Source: an uncultured Piscirickettsiaceae bacterium (GTDB lineage: Bacteria > Pseudomonadota > Gammaproteobacteria > GCF-002020875). Taken from it: 64,000 nt of DNA. The stretch's first letter is position 1. The number at the start of each line of letters is the position of its first letter. The notes beneath the pieces were generated by a model. It saw only the letters and a list, made by a program, of their open reading frames with translations, had not been told where the DNA came from and ran no database searches. Positions 48,863 through 59,838 of this stretch are shown piece by piece. A program made the translations under genes and the position numbers. The stretch spans positions 20,015 through 84,014 of the forward strand of contig CAYFMF010000002.1 of assembly GCA_964344135.1 (NCBI GenBank), written 5' to 3'.

Positions 48863-49069
48863 GACAACTCTCCAAAAAAATCTGTGCTTACAAAAAAGAG
48901 CGCGAATTGTGCCAAAGATTGGCGCGGCAGGCAACCGCTATCTCTCAAAATTTGTTGCCGTTGTGGCGATTCCGGGGTGATTGGGGCGTACAAGATGGCC
49001 AATAACCCCGTATAATGGGGCGGTTAGCAGAAACGAACGGATGCAGTTCGGGTTTTGGAGAGAATGAAG

Positions 49070-49990
49070 ATGTCAATGGATGATCGTGACGGCGTGATCT
49101 GGATGGATGGTGAGATGGTGGATTGGCGGGATGCCAAGGTTCACGTGCTCACCCATACACTGCACTATGGGATGGGGGTCTTCGAGGGGATTCGTGCCTA
49201 CAAGGCGGAGGGTGGGACAGCCATTTTTCGACTGAAGGAGCATACCGACCGTCTTTTCCGCTCTGCCCATATCATGGATATGGAGATCCCCTGGGGCAAG
49301 GATGTCATTAACGAGGCCACCAGGGCAGCGGTACGCGAAAACGGTCTGGAGAGCGCCTATATCCGCCCAATGGTCTTCTACGGATCCGAGGGGATGGGGC
49401 TGCGTGCCGATAACCTCAAGGTTCATGTCAGCATTGCTGCCTGGGAGTGGGGTGCCTATCTGGGTGAGGAGAACATGCAGCGGGGAATCCGGATCAAGAC
49501 CTCCTCCTTTACCCGTCACCATGTCAACATCACCATGTGCAAGGCAAAGGCCAATGGGCACTATATCAACTCCATGCTGGCACTGAATGAGGCGCTGAAG
49601 GATGGCTATGATGAGGCGCTGTTGCTGGATGTGGATGGGTTTGTTGCCGAGGGGAGCGGAGAGAACCTCTTTGTGGTGCGTAATGGAGTGATCTACACCC
49701 CGGAACTGACCTCTGCTCTGGATGGGATCACCCGACAGGTATTGATGGCCCTGGCGGGGAAGATCGGAGTTGAGGTGCGGGAGAAGCGGATTACCCGTGA
49801 TGAGGTCTATACGGCCGATGAGGCCTTCTTTACCGGTACCGCTGCAGAGGTGACCCCGATTCGGGAGCTGGATAATCGTGCAATTGGGAACGGTTCTCGT
49901 GGCCCGATCACCGAGCAGCTACAGACGATGTACTTTGATCTGGTCCATGGGCGACTGGATGGATATGAGGATTGGCTGGATTACATCTAA
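49070..49990 (+). CDS. ilvE: Branched-chain amino acid aminotransferase
   Basis: WMDGEMVDWRDAKVHVLTHTLHYG. Start chosen for its GGAG spacing. Confidence 0.85.
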   Translation: MSMDDRDGVIWMDGEMVDWRDAKVHVLTHTLHYGMGVFEGIRAYKAEGGTAIFRLKEHTDRLFRSAHIMDMEIPWGKDVINEATRAAVRENGLESAYIRPMVFYGSEGMGLRADNLKVHVSIAAWEWGAYLGEENMQRGIRIKTSSFTRHHVNITMCKAKANGHYINSMLALNEALKDGYDEALLLDVDGFVAEGSGENLFVVRNGVIYTPELTSALDGITRQVLMALAGKIGVEVREKRITRDEVYTADEAFFTGTAAEVTPIRELDNRAIGNGSRGPITEQLQTMYFDLVHGRLDGYEDWLDYI

Positions 49991-50029
49991 GTGGATTTGC
50001 ATTTGTCCCTATATAGGCTGTCAGGTTGT

Positions 50030-50121
50030 TCTTGTATGGTCCAGGAGCAAGGCAGTAAATGTGAGTTTACAAATGTAACTGTCCATTTTTTAACGCGGCT
50101 ATTGGACCGTACAAGAGTGAG
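50030..50121 (+). repeat. About 92-nt conserved structured element, copy 2, 10 nt upstream of the ugd start codon
   Basis: Aligned with copy 1 at 46264..46355. Confidence 0.6.
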
Positions 50122-50131
50122 ATAGCAGTTT

Positions 50132-51301
50132 ATGAAGATAGCAATTGCCGGTACCGGCTATGTCGGACTCTCCAATGCGGTACTGCTGGCTCAGCACAAT
50201 AATGTGGTGGCGCTCGACATCATTCCCGAGAAGATCGAGATGCTCAATCGCGGGGAGTCCCCAATTGTTGATGAGGAGATTGAGGCGTTCCTGCAGAGCC
50301 GGGATCTCGATTTCCGGGCCACCCTGGACAAGGAGGAGGCCTACCAGGGGGCGGATTTCGTCATTATCGCCACTCCTACCGACTACGATCCAGAGAGTAA
50401 CTACTTCAATACGGGATCGATCGAGGCGGTGATCCAGGATGTAATGGAGAGTAACCCTGATGCAGTGATGGTGATCAAGTCCACTGTGCCGGTGGGGTAC
50501 ACACACAAGGTCAGGGAGCAGTTTGGCTGTGACAATATCCTCTTCTCCCCGGAGTTCCTGCGGGAGGGGAGGGCGCTCTACGACAATCTCCACCCCTCAC
50601 GCATCATTGTGGGTGAACAGTCCGAGCGGGCCAGAAAGTTTGCCGATCTGCTGGTTGAGGGGGCAGAAAAAACCGATATTCCCGTCCTCTTTACCCACTC
50701 CACCGAGGCGGAGGCGGTCAAGCTCTTCTCCAACACCTACCTGGCGATGCGGGTTGCCTACTTCAATGAGCTCGATACCTATGCCCAGGTGCATGGCCTT
50801 GACAGCAGACAGATCATTGAGGGGGTTGGGCTGGATCCAAGAATCGGCACCCACTACAACAACCCCTCCTTCGGCTATGGGGGCTACTGCCTCCCCAAGG
50901 ACACCAAGCAGCTGCGGGCCAACTACCAGGATGTTCCCAACAACCTGATTCGTGCCATTGTGGAGGCCAACACCACCCGCAAGGACTTTATTGCCGACAC
51001 AATTCTTGCCAGAACCCCAGAGGTGGTTGGGGTCTATCGCCTGATCATGAAGAGTGGCTCCGACAACTTCCGCGCCTCCTCGATCCAGGGGATCATGAAG
51101 CGGATCAAGGCGAAGGGAATCGAGGTGGTGATCTATGAACCGGTGCTGGAGGAGGATGAGTTCTACCACTCAAGGGTGATCCGGGATCTGGAATCCTTCA
51201 AGCAGCAGTCGGATGTGATCATCGCCAACCGTCTCTCGGATGAGATTCTCGATGTGGAGGAGAAGGTGGTTACCCGTGATCTTTTCGGTAGTGATAGTTG
51301 A
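50132..51301 (+). CDS. ugd: UDP-glucose 6-dehydrogenase
   Basis: [12 protein letters not shown]. Confidence 0.9.
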   Translation: MKIAIAGTGYVGLSNAVLLAQHNNVVALDIIPEKIEMLNRGESPIVDEEIEAFLQSRDLDFRATLDKEEAYQGADFVIIATPTDYDPESNYFNTGSIEAVIQDVMESNPDAVMVIKSTVPVGYTHKVREQFGCDNILFSPEFLREGRALYDNLHPSRIIVGEQSERARKFADLLVEGAEKTDIPVLFTHSTEAEAVKLFSNTYLAMRVAYFNELDTYAQVHGLDSRQIIEGVGLDPRIGTHYNNPSFGYGGYCLPKDTKQLRANYQDVPNNLIRAIVEANTTRKDFIADTILARTPEVVGVYRLIMKSGSDNFRASSIQGIMKRIKAKGIEVVIYEPVLEEDEFYHSRVIRDLESFKQQSDVIIANRLSDEILDVEEKVVTRDLFGSDS

Positions 51302-51675
51302 TAGTGGTAGTGAGTAGTGTAAGTAGCTATCAGGATTTGGAGATATGGAAGAGGAGTATTTATCTCGTAGAGCAAGTTTATATGCTGGTTAAGCAGTTGC
51401 CACGAGAAGAGACCTATGCGCTATCAGACCAGATGAGAAGGGCTGCGGTCTCCATACCGAGCAACATCGCTGAAGGGGCGAGCAGAAACTCAACCAAAGA
51501 GTACATTCAGTTCCTCTACATAGCGCTAGGATCTGCTGCTGAATTGGAAACACAGTTGATTATTGGAGAAAGAATCGGTTACTTCCGGGCAATTAATGCT
51601 ATAAAACAATCGCTTGTTGAAATCAAAAAGATGCTCCATGGCTTGATTTCATCCTTGAAAAGAAAAGAGAGATGA
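51298..51675 (+). CDS. Four-helix-bundle protein (the family often found in 23S rRNA intervening sequences and polysaccharide loci), AT-rich gene
   Basis: [11 protein letters not shown]...[26 protein letters not shown] family signature. Confidence 0.6.
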   Translation: MIVVVSSVSSYQDLEIWKRSIYLVEQVYMLVKQLPREETYALSDQMRRAAVSIPSNIAEGASRNSTKEYIQFLYIALGSAAELETQLIIGERIGYFRAINAIKQSLVEIKKMLHGLISSLKRKER

Positions 51676-52724
51676 CACTAACCACTAACCACCACACACC
51701 ATCCACTCACCAGAATCGCAAGATTCTGGTAACCGGCGCCGCTGGCTTTATCGGCTCTGCCCTCTCCATCCGCCTGCTGGAGCGGGGGGACGAGGTGGTT
51801 GGTATCGACAGCCACAACGACTACTACGATCCAGCGCTGAAAGAGGCGCGGCTGGCGCGCCATGCCGACCACCCCAACTACAGCCATATCCGGATGAGTC
51901 TGGAGGATCGGGAGGGGATGGCCGAACTCTTCAAAGAACAGCAGTTCCAGGGAGTGGTCAATCTGGCGGCGCAGGCCGGTGTACGCTACTCACTGGAGAA
52001 CCCGCTCGCCTATATCGACACCAATCTGGTTGGCTTTGGCCATATTCTGGAGGGTTGTCGCCACAACAATGTCGAGCACCTGGTCTACGCCTCCTCCAGT
52101 TCGGTCTATGGCTCCAACACCAGGATGCCCTTTTCGGTACATGACAACGTCAACCACCCGGTCAGCCTCTATGCGGCGACCAAGAAGGCCAATGAGCTGA
52201 TGGCCCATACCTACAGCCATCTCTATGACCTGCCTACCACCGGGCTGAGATTTTTCACTGTGTACGGGCCATGGGATCGCCCCGATATGGCGCTGCAGCG
52301 ATTTACCCGTGCGATTCTGGCGGGAGAGAAGATCCAGGTCTTCAACTACGGCCAGCACCGCCGAGACTTCACCTATATCGATGATATCGTCGAGGGTGTG
52401 ATTCGGGTGCTGGATCGTCCGGCACCACCCAATCCGGAGTGGAGCGGGGACAATCCCGATTCCGCCACCAGCAGGGCACCATGGCGGGTCTACAATATTG
52501 GCAACAACAATCCGGTCGAGCTGATGGACTACATCGAGGCGCTGGAGGAGGCACTGGGTGTCGAGGCCGACAAGGAGCTGCTGCCACTGCAGCCGGGAGA
52601 CGTGCCGGATACCTATGCCGATGTGGATGATCTGGTCCGTGAGTTTGGCTACAAACCCAGCATGTCGGTGAAGCAAGGTGTGAAGAATTTTGCCGAGTGG
52701 TATCGTAGCTACCATCAGCTTTGA
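51672..52724 (+). CDS. UDP-glucuronate 4-epimerase (NAD-dependent epimerase family)
   Basis: [12 protein letters not shown] and YASSSSVYG motifs. Confidence 0.75.
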   Translation: MTLTTNHHTPSTHQNRKILVTGAAGFIGSALSIRLLERGDEVVGIDSHNDYYDPALKEARLARHADHPNYSHIRMSLEDREGMAELFKEQQFQGVVNLAAQAGVRYSLENPLAYIDTNLVGFGHILEGCRHNNVEHLVYASSSSVYGSNTRMPFSVHDNVNHPVSLYAATKKANELMAHTYSHLYDLPTTGLRFFTVYGPWDRPDMALQRFTRAILAGEKIQVFNYGQHRRDFTYIDDIVEGVIRVLDRPAPPNPEWSGDNPDSATSRAPWRVYNIGNNNPVELMDYIEALEEALGVEADKELLPLQPGDVPDTYADVDDLVREFGYKPSMSVKQGVKNFAEWYRSYHQL

Positions 52725-53290
52725 TTGGGGGGAGTATGTTTCAGACTGTATTGAATGAACATCTTGAGGTGGTCTCGGCCCTTCAGCAGATTGAGGGTGA
52801 GATCGGTGTGGCAGCCCAGAGGATGATCCGGTGCCTGCAGGGTGGCGGCAAGATCCTGTTGATGGGCAATGGTGGCAGTGCCGCTGATGCCCAGCACATC
52901 GCTGCCGAGCTTGTGGTCCGCTACCAGAAAAATCGAAAGGCATTGCCGGCGATTGCACTGACCACAGACAGCTCTATCCTGACGGCTACCGGTAATGATT
53001 TCAGTTTTGAGGAGATATTCAGTCGCCAGATAGAGGCGCTGGCCCAGCCTGGAGATCTGGTAATCGGGATCTCCACCTCCGGCAACAGCGGTAATGTGGT
53101 ACGGGCCCTGCAGGTTGCCCGGGATAGGGGCGCCGATACAGTGGGGTTAACCGGCCGGTCGGAGGGTGCAATCGGTGAGGTTGCCGAACAGACCATTCAG
53201 GTTCCATCGACTGTTACGGCACGTGTCCAGGAGGCCCATATCCTGATTGGCCACTACTGGTGTCAGCAGGTTGAGGAGCAGTGGCAGTGA
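52721..53290 (+). CDS. gmhA: Phosphoheptose isomerase
   Basis: SIS domain [11 protein letters not shown]. Confidence 0.85.
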   Translation: MIGGSMFQTVLNEHLEVVSALQQIEGEIGVAAQRMIRCLQGGGKILLMGNGGSAADAQHIAAELVVRYQKNRKALPAIALTTDSSILTATGNDFSFEEIFSRQIEALAQPGDLVIGISTSGNSGNVVRALQVARDRGADTVGLTGRSEGAIGEVAEQTIQVPSTVTARVQEAHILIGHYWCQQVEEQWQ

Positions 53291-54714
53291 CCCATCCTCT
53301 CCCCGATTTCTCATCCTCACGGACCCTGGTTGTCGGTGACCTGATGCTGGATCGTTACTGGTCCGGTGGTGCAGAGCGTGTGTCACCGGAGGCCCCGGTC
53401 CCCGTGGTACAGATTAGCGAGATTGAGGAGCGCCCCGGTGGTGCAGGGAATGTGGCACTGAATGTTGCCTCACTTGGGGGAGGTGTGGCCCTGCTCGGTG
53501 TCGTGGGTGGTGATGAGGAGGGGAGGGCACTGCAGAAGCTGTTATCCGGCAACGGGGTGGAGTGCCTGTTTCAGGTAGAGGAGGAGATCCGTACCTCGAC
53601 CAAGCTGCGGGTGCTGAGCCGTCATCAGCAGCTGATCCGGCTCGACTTCGAGGACCGCCTGGCCCCGGCATCTTTTCAGCCGATGATTGAGCAGTTTGCC
53701 GAGCAGCTGCCGCAGTGCGGTGCGGTGGTTCTCTCCGATTATGGCAAGGGAACGCTGGATGAGATCCAGACCATGATCGAGATGGCCCGGGCGGCTGGCA
53801 AGGAGGTATTGGTTGACCCCAAGGGGAGTGACTTCTCCAGGTACCGTGGTGCAACCCTGATGACTCCGAACCTCTCCGAATTTGAGGCAGTGGTCGGAAA
53901 GTGCAGCGGCAGTGAGGAGATCGTCGAGCGGGGGGAGAAGCTCCGCCAGCAGCTGGGGATGGATGCCCTGTTGGTGACTCGTGGTGAGGAGGGGATGACC
54001 CTGCTCTGTGAGGGGGAGGGGCCATTCCACCACCCTACCCATGCCCGTGAGGTCTATGATGTCACCGGTGCCGGGGATACGGTTATTGCTACACTGGCAG
54101 CGGGGCTGGCTACCGGGGCAACACGACAGGATGCGGTGGCAACGGCCAATCTGGCTGCCGGGATTGTGGTCGGCAAACTGGGTACAGCGACAACAACGGT
54201 CGCGGAGCTGCACCACGCCATCCATGACCCCGAAGAGACCGGTTTTGGCATTCTGGAGGAGGATGAGCTCTACCGCGTGATTCGGAGCGCACAGGCGAGT
54301 GGAGAGCGGGTGGTTATGACCAATGGCTGCTTTGATCTGCTCCATACCGGCCATGTCAGCTACCTGGCCGAGGCGAGAAGGCTGGGGGATCGCCTGGTGG
54401 TAGCGGTCAATTCCGATGAGTCGGTGCGACAACTCAAGGGGGAGAGCAGGCCGATCAATGGGGTGGAGCAGCGCATGACCCTGCTGGCAGCACTGGAGAG
54501 CGTCGACTGGGTGGTTCCCTTCAGTGAAGAGACCCCGGAGCGGCTCTACTGCAAGATGCTTCCCGATGTGATTGTGAAGGGGGGAGACTACCGACCAGAA
54601 GAGGTGGCGGGTGGCCCCTGTGTGATCGAGAATGGCGGCTCGGTAGAGATCCTGCAGTTTGTGGATGGGCACTCCACCACCGCGATTGTGGAGAGGATTA
54701 AACAGAATTTGTAA
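53281..54714 (+). CDS. hldE: Bifunctional heptose 7-phosphate kinase / heptose 1-phosphate adenylyltransferase
   Basis: 477 aa, two domains. Confidence 0.9.
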   Translation: MAVTHPLPDFSSSRTLVVGDLMLDRYWSGGAERVSPEAPVPVVQISEIEERPGGAGNVALNVASLGGGVALLGVVGGDEEGRALQKLLSGNGVECLFQVEEEIRTSTKLRVLSRHQQLIRLDFEDRLAPASFQPMIEQFAEQLPQCGAVVLSDYGKGTLDEIQTMIEMARAAGKEVLVDPKGSDFSRYRGATLMTPNLSEFEAVVGKCSGSEEIVERGEKLRQQLGMDALLVTRGEEGMTLLCEGEGPFHHPTHAREVYDVTGAGDTVIATLAAGLATGATRQDAVATANLAAGIVVGKLGTATTTVAELHHAIHDPEETGFGILEEDELYRVIRSAQASGERVVMTNGCFDLLHTGHVSYLAEARRLGDRLVVAVNSDESVRQLKGESRPINGVEQRMTLLAALESVDWVVPFSEETPERLYCKMLPDVIVKGGDYRPEEVAGGPCVIENGGSVEILQFVDGHSTTAIVERIKQNL

Positions 54715-54805
54715 CCACAAAGGGTGCAGAGAGCAGAGAGAAAATCAATAAAATACTCTGCGACCTCTGCGACCTCTGCGGTGAATGCTTTTGAGGGAAC
54801 AAGGA

Positions 54806-55747
54806 ATGATCATAGTTACAGGCGGTGCCGGCTTTATCGGTAGCAATATTGTCAAGGCGCTTAACGAGCGCGGTGAGAGCGATATTCTGGTGGTGGATAA
54901 CCTCACCAATGGCCACAAGATGCGCAATCTGGCCGATCTCGATATTGCCGACTACATGGACCGGCTCGACTTTATCGACCGGATCAATAGTGGAGAGGAG
55001 TTTGGTGAGGTGCGGGCGATCTTCCATGAGGGGGCCACCTCGGCCACCACCGAGTGGGATGGCCACTTTGTGATGAAGAACAACTACGAGTACTCCAAGT
55101 CACTCCTCCACTGGTGCCTGGAGCGTGGGGTTCAGTATCTCTACGCCTCCTCGGCCTCCGTCTATGGGGCTGGAACCACCTTTGTAGAGGATCGGCAGTA
55201 TGAGCACCCGATCAACATGTACGCCTACTCCAAGTTCCAGTTTGACCAGTATGTGCGCCGCCTGCAGCCGGAGATGAAGAGTCAGGTGGTGGGTTTCCGC
55301 TACTTCAATGTCTATGGTCCGCGCGAGCAGCACAAGGGGACGATGTCGAGTACCGCCTTCCACTTCAATAATCAGATCCTGGAGAACGGGGTGGCCAAAC
55401 TCTTTGCTGGCTGTGATGGCTATGGAGATGGGGAACAGCGGCGTGACTTCATCTATGTGGGGGATGCGGTGAAGGTCAACCTCTGGTTCCTCGACAACCC
55501 GGACAAGGCGGGTATCTTCAATCTCGGTACTGGGCGCTCGCAGGCCTTTAACGACATGGCCAATGCAGTGGTTGAGTGGCATGGCAAGGGGGATATCGAG
55601 TATATCCCGTTCCCGGACCACCTCAAGGGGGCCTATCAGAGCTTTACCGAGGCCGATATTTCTGCACTGCGTGCGATGGGATATGATGCGCCATTCCTTA
55701 CAGTGGAAGAGGGTGTGCGGGAGTATATGGACATCCTGAACGGATGA
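54806..55747 (+). CDS. hldD: ADP-L-glycero-D-manno-heptose 6-epimerase
   Basis: [14 protein letters not shown]. Confidence 0.9.
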   Translation: MIIVTGGAGFIGSNIVKALNERGESDILVVDNLTNGHKMRNLADLDIADYMDRLDFIDRINSGEEFGEVRAIFHEGATSATTEWDGHFVMKNNYEYSKSLLHWCLERGVQYLYASSASVYGAGTTFVEDRQYEHPINMYAYSKFQFDQYVRRLQPEMKSQVVGFRYFNVYGPREQHKGTMSSTAFHFNNQILENGVAKLFAGCDGYGDGEQRRDFIYVGDAVKVNLWFLDNPDKAGIFNLGTGRSQAFNDMANAVVEWHGKGDIEYIPFPDHLKGAYQSFTEADISALRAMGYDAPFLTVEEGVREYMDILNG

Positions 55748-55750
55748 TTC

Positions 55751-56773
55751 GTGTCTGAAAAGATTCTAATCGTTGGCCCCTCCTGGGTGGGGGACATGGT
55801 GATGGCACAGAGCCTCTTCAAGGTGCTACAGCAGTGTCATCCTGGGGCAGTCATTGATGTGCTGGCGCCCGCCTGGTCACTGCCGCTACTGGAGCGGATG
55901 CCGGAGGTCGATCGCGGGATTGTGATGCCGCTGGGCCACGGCAGGCTGGCCCTGGGGGAGCGCTACCGACTGGGTAAGGGTCTGCGATCGGAACGGTATA
56001 GTCAGGCAATTGTCCTCCCTAACTCCCTGAAGTCTGCAATTGTCCCGTGGGTGGCAGGGATCCCGCACCGCACCGGGTATCGTGGTGAGATGCGTTATGG
56101 GCTGCTGAATGATCTGAGAATTCTCGATAAGGGGCAGCTGCCGATGACGGTGCAGCGGTTTGTTGCGTTGGGAGTGGGTGCAGGAGAGCCACTACCAGAG
56201 ATCCCCGAACCGAAACTGGAGGTGCAGTCCCAGGCGATTGAAGAGGCACTGAAATCGCTCGGTCTGGAGCACCCTGCTGAAAAACTGCTGGTGCTCTGTC
56301 CCGGTGCAGAGTATGGCCCTGCGAAGCAGTGGCCCTCTGACTATTTTGCTGCGGTAGCCGATGAGAAACTGCAGCAGGGGTGGCAGGTGTGGCTCTTTGG
56401 CTCCGAGAAGGATCGAGGGGTTGGAGAGGCGGTAATTGCAGCGCTGGGGGAGGCAGGGAATCGGGTGCAGAATCTGGCGGGGCAAACCACCCTGGAGCAG
56501 GCGGTCGATCTGATGTCACTGGCAACGGTGGTGGTGGGAAATGACTCTGGTCTGATGCATGTGGCGGCAGCACTGGATCGGGATCTGGTGGCAATCTATG
56601 GCTCCTCCGATCCCGGCTTTACCCCACCACTGAATCGCAGGGCAAAGATTGTTGATCTCAATCTGGAGTGTAGCCCCTGCTTCAAGCGAGAGTGCCCGTT
56701 GGGGCACTATGACTGCCTGAAAAAGCTGGAGCCCATACAGATAGTGAAGGCAATAGAGGGATTTGAATCCTGA
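55751..56773 (+). CDS. waaF: ADP-heptose:LPS heptosyltransferase II
   Basis: GT9 family, GTG start. Confidence 0.8.
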   Translation: MSEKILIVGPSWVGDMVMAQSLFKVLQQCHPGAVIDVLAPAWSLPLLERMPEVDRGIVMPLGHGRLALGERYRLGKGLRSERYSQAIVLPNSLKSAIVPWVAGIPHRTGYRGEMRYGLLNDLRILDKGQLPMTVQRFVALGVGAGEPLPEIPEPKLEVQSQAIEEALKSLGLEHPAEKLLVLCPGAEYGPAKQWPSDYFAAVADEKLQQGWQVWLFGSEKDRGVGEAVIAALGEAGNRVQNLAGQTTLEQAVDLMSLATVVVGNDSGLMHVAAALDRDLVAIYGSSDPGFTPPLNRRAKIVDLNLECSPCFKRECPLGHYDCLKKLEPIQIVKAIEGFES

Positions 56774-57789
56774 TGCGCGTCCTGTTGATCAAGACCTCAT
56801 CACTGGGGGATGTGTTGCACACGCTGCCCGCCCTGACCGATGCGGCCAATGCGATTCCGGGTATCCGGTTTGATTGGGTGGTGGAAGAGAGTTTTGCGGA
56901 AGTTCCCACTTGGCATCAGGCTGTCGATCGGGTGATCTCCGTTGCGATTCGGCGCTGGCGCAAGGCGCCACTAAAGGCGCTCATCTCGGGTGAATGGTTT
57001 ACCTTCAGGCATGCAGTGAAAGCGCGAAAGTATGATCTTGTGCTGGATGCACAGGGGTTGATCAAGAGTGGGGTGATCACCCGTATGGCACGAGGGGTAA
57101 AAGCGGGGCTGGATCGCGACTCTGCCAGAGAGCCACTGGCCAACCTTTTCTATAATCGCCCACTTGCTGTGGCAAAGGGTGAGCATGCGGTTGTACGACT
57201 GCGCAAACTGTTTGCCCAGGCATTGGGGTATCCGTTTCCGGAGAGTGAGCCCGACTCCGGGATTCGTACCCAACCATCGGTATCGACAGACTCAACGATT
57301 CTGTTTGTCCATGGTACCACCTGGGAAACCAAGCACTGGCCTGAGGAGTACTGGAGAGCGCTTGCGGGAACGGTAAACGGTGCAGGCTACAAGATACTGC
57401 TTCCATGGGGCAGTGAGGAGGAGAGGGCGCGGGCTGAGCGGATTGCGATGGGTCACGATGCGGAAATTCTGCCCAAAGGGTCGCTGGATATGCTCTCCAT
57501 GCGGTTTCAGCAGGTTGCTGGTGCAGTCTGCGTCGATTCGGGCATTGCCCATCTGGTTGCAGCACTGGGTACTCCTTCAGTCACCATTTATGGAGCGACC
57601 AGTTCCCGACTGACAGGTACCATGGGGATGCATCAACTCCATGCGGAGGTAGTATTTGAGTGTGCCCCCTGCCTGAAGCGAGAGTGTACCTTTCAGGGGG
57701 ATTCAGCAGTGAGGCCTGCCTGTTATCAGGTACTTACCCCAGAGGTTGTCTGGCAGAAACTGCGGAGTGAGATTGGTCGAAATGGATAG
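56773..57789 (+). CDS. waaC: ADP-heptose:LPS heptosyltransferase I
   Basis: GT9, MRVLLIKTSSLGDV. Confidence 0.8.
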   Translation: MRVLLIKTSSLGDVLHTLPALTDAANAIPGIRFDWVVEESFAEVPTWHQAVDRVISVAIRRWRKAPLKALISGEWFTFRHAVKARKYDLVLDAQGLIKSGVITRMARGVKAGLDRDSAREPLANLFYNRPLAVAKGEHAVVRLRKLFAQALGYPFPESEPDSGIRTQPSVSTDSTILFVHGTTWETKHWPEEYWRALAGTVNGAGYKILLPWGSEEERARAERIAMGHDAEILPKGSLDMLSMRFQQVAGAVCVDSGIAHLVAALGTPSVTIYGATSSRLTGTMGMHQLHAEVVFECAPCLKRECTFQGDSAVRPACYQVLTPEVVWQKLRSEIGRNG

Positions 57790-58531
57790 AAAACAGCTCT
57801 CTGTCACCATTATCACACTCAACGAGGAGCGGAGAATCGGGAAGTGTATTGAGGGCGCCTCCTTCGCCGATGAGATCCTTGTGGTCGACTCGGGTAGTAG
57901 CGACCGGACGGTTGAGATCGCCAGGAAACTGGGAGCAAGGGTGATCCACCAGGATTGGCTGGGTTATGGAAGACAGAAGCAGTTTGCGGTGGAGCAGGCA
58001 GCTAATGAGTGGGTGCTCTGCCTCGATGCTGATGAGTGGTTGAGCCCGGAGCTTTCCCAATCCATCCAGAGTGTACTGGAGCAGCCGGAGTACAGCGCCT
58101 ACCAATTTCCCCGTAGAAACCGGTTTATGGGGCGCTGGTTGCGACATGGAGAGGGGTACCCGGACTGGTCTCTACGGCTGTTTGACCGTAACCATGCCCA
58201 CTGGTCTGAGGATGAGGTGCATGAGAAGGTGATCACGGATGAGCAGATTGGAAGTCTTGAAGGGGATCTGATGCATGAGTCAGAAGATGGCCTTCGACCC
58301 TATCTGGAGAAGCAGAAGAGATATGGGTATATCCGATCAGGGAATAAAAGGGGGAGTGTTGCTGCACCTTTGTTGTTGCTGTTTAGCCCACTGTTTCGCT
58401 TGATTAAATTCTACATCTTCAGACGGGGGTTCCTGGACGGCTATCAGGGTTTTATTCACTGTCTGATGGGGGCAGCAGGATCCTACTACAAGTATTGGTT
58501 TCTACTGAAGAGGTTATGGGGGTTCAGGTAG
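57782..58531 (+). CDS. Family 2 glycosyltransferase (LPS core, WaaE/KdtX-like)
   Basis: SVTIITLNEE ... DADE motif. Confidence 0.7.
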   Translation: MDRKQLSVTIITLNEERRIGKCIEGASFADEILVVDSGSSDRTVEIARKLGARVIHQDWLGYGRQKQFAVEQAANEWVLCLDADEWLSPELSQSIQSVLEQPEYSAYQFPRRNRFMGRWLRHGEGYPDWSLRLFDRNHAHWSEDEVHEKVITDEQIGSLEGDLMHESEDGLRPYLEKQKRYGYIRSGNKRGSVAAPLLLLFSPLFRLIKFYIFRRGFLDGYQGFIHCLMGAAGSYYKYWFLLKRLWGFR

Positions 58532-59809
58532 CTGCCTCTTCTGCCAGGAAAGATAAATACCCATGGCGATGGGGATGACAAGATAGACCCACTCGGGGTC
58601 CTCAACCATTCCCCTGACAAAATAGATGGAGGTCATCACCCCAAGGCTGGCTGCAGAGATAATCTTGATGGGATCTGGCCTTGGATTATTGATGATATAG
58701 GAGATCAATATCCATATCAGGGATAGGAGAAGAGTAGTCAGCAGGGCAAGCCCAACCAGGCCATTCTGAAAGGTAAATGTGAGAAATATGTTGTGTCTCC
58801 CTAGTCCTGGCATAAGTGCTTCGATATTGCCTTTCAGTTGGATATTCTTATTCTTTTCTATCGACCTTTTATATGAATTAAGGTAGTAGCCATGGCCAGT
58901 TATTGGAGATAATTCAATCATCTTGATGGTATTTGGCCAGGCAACGTCTGTCCTCCCTTTGCTCTCAATGCCTTGCGCTACTTTTGATTGCACAAGGCTG
59001 CCGCCAGGGGTGAACAGCATAAGTGGAACAAGAACAGAGAGGATCCGTGCTACCGATATTCCAATATTTTTCAGTTTAAATCCTCCAGACAAAATATAGG
59101 TAACAATAAAGGCGATCAAAATGGCGCCCCAGGCAGCACGGGCAGATGTCAATATCACAACGGGGATCTGTGCTGCCAACAGAATAATAATCAGCGTTTT
59201 CATGGCCCTTGATCTGGATATAAAGAGTGATGCTGCAAGGAATGATTCATTAAATATCACATGGTATCCATGCCATCGGTATAAGTCATTCCTGGACCAT
59301 GAGAAGATGCCGGAGAGATAGTCCTGATAGTATTGCCAATAGACAACGATAGTCATCATTGCAGCATTCGACAGAACTGCATAGAGTAGATATCTGAAAT
59401 TATTCTCATCACGGCAGAGATGGTGGCCCAGTATCAGCGCCATCACAGCAGGCTTGAGAAAGTCATGTTTAAAAAAATTGAGCCCTGAAAGTATATTCTC
59501 GTCCCGCAAGGAGGAGAGCATGAGTCCAACTGCTATTATGATTACCAGTATGGCGATATAGTTGCTCTTTAGTGAGCTGATCTGGTCAGTTCTAATGGAG
59601 AGAAGATAGGTAACTACGGAGAGAACAAGTGCGATATTAATGACTGCGTTGATATGCGGGTTGGTAAAGGTGGCAACCCAAATCAGAGAGAAGAAAAGGG
59701 AGGCTGTAGAAAATTTCTCCTTTTGTCGCAGCATGGATGATAGGGCAGAAATAGTGGGTGGCAGGTTTACTACAGGTTGGTTGTTCAGCAGTTCCAGTCT
59801 ATACTGCAA
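58514..59809 (-). CDS. waaL: O-antigen ligase (WaaL / Wzy_C family) polytopic membrane protein, low-GC
   Basis: 431 aa, about 10-12 TM segments, AT-rich codon usage. Confidence 0.6.
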   Translation of the reverse strand: MQYRLELLNNQPVVNLPPTISALSSMLRQKEKFSTASLFFSLIWVATFTNPHINAVINIALVLSVVTYLLSIRTDQISSLKSNYIAILVIIIAVGLMLSSLRDENILSGLNFFKHDFLKPAVMALILGHHLCRDENNFRYLLYAVLSNAAMMTIVVYWQYYQDYLSGIFSWSRNDLYRWHGYHVIFNESFLAASLFISRSRAMKTLIIILLAAQIPVVILTSARAAWGAILIAFIVTYILSGGFKLKNIGISVARILSVLVPLMLFTPGGSLVQSKVAQGIESKGRTDVAWPNTIKMIELSPITGHGYYLNSYKRSIEKNKNIQLKGNIEALMPGLGRHNIFLTFTFQNGLVGLALLTTLLLSLIWILISYIINNPRPDPIKIISAASLGVMTSIYFVRGMVEDPEWVYLVIPIAMGIYLSWQKRQLPEPP

Positions 59810-59838
59810 GCCTGATTCTTAACAGTATAGGAAGGTAA

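Noticed and set aside
53542-54720. 392-aa minus-strand ORF antisense to hldE
   Set aside because: hldE on the plus strand is unambiguous.
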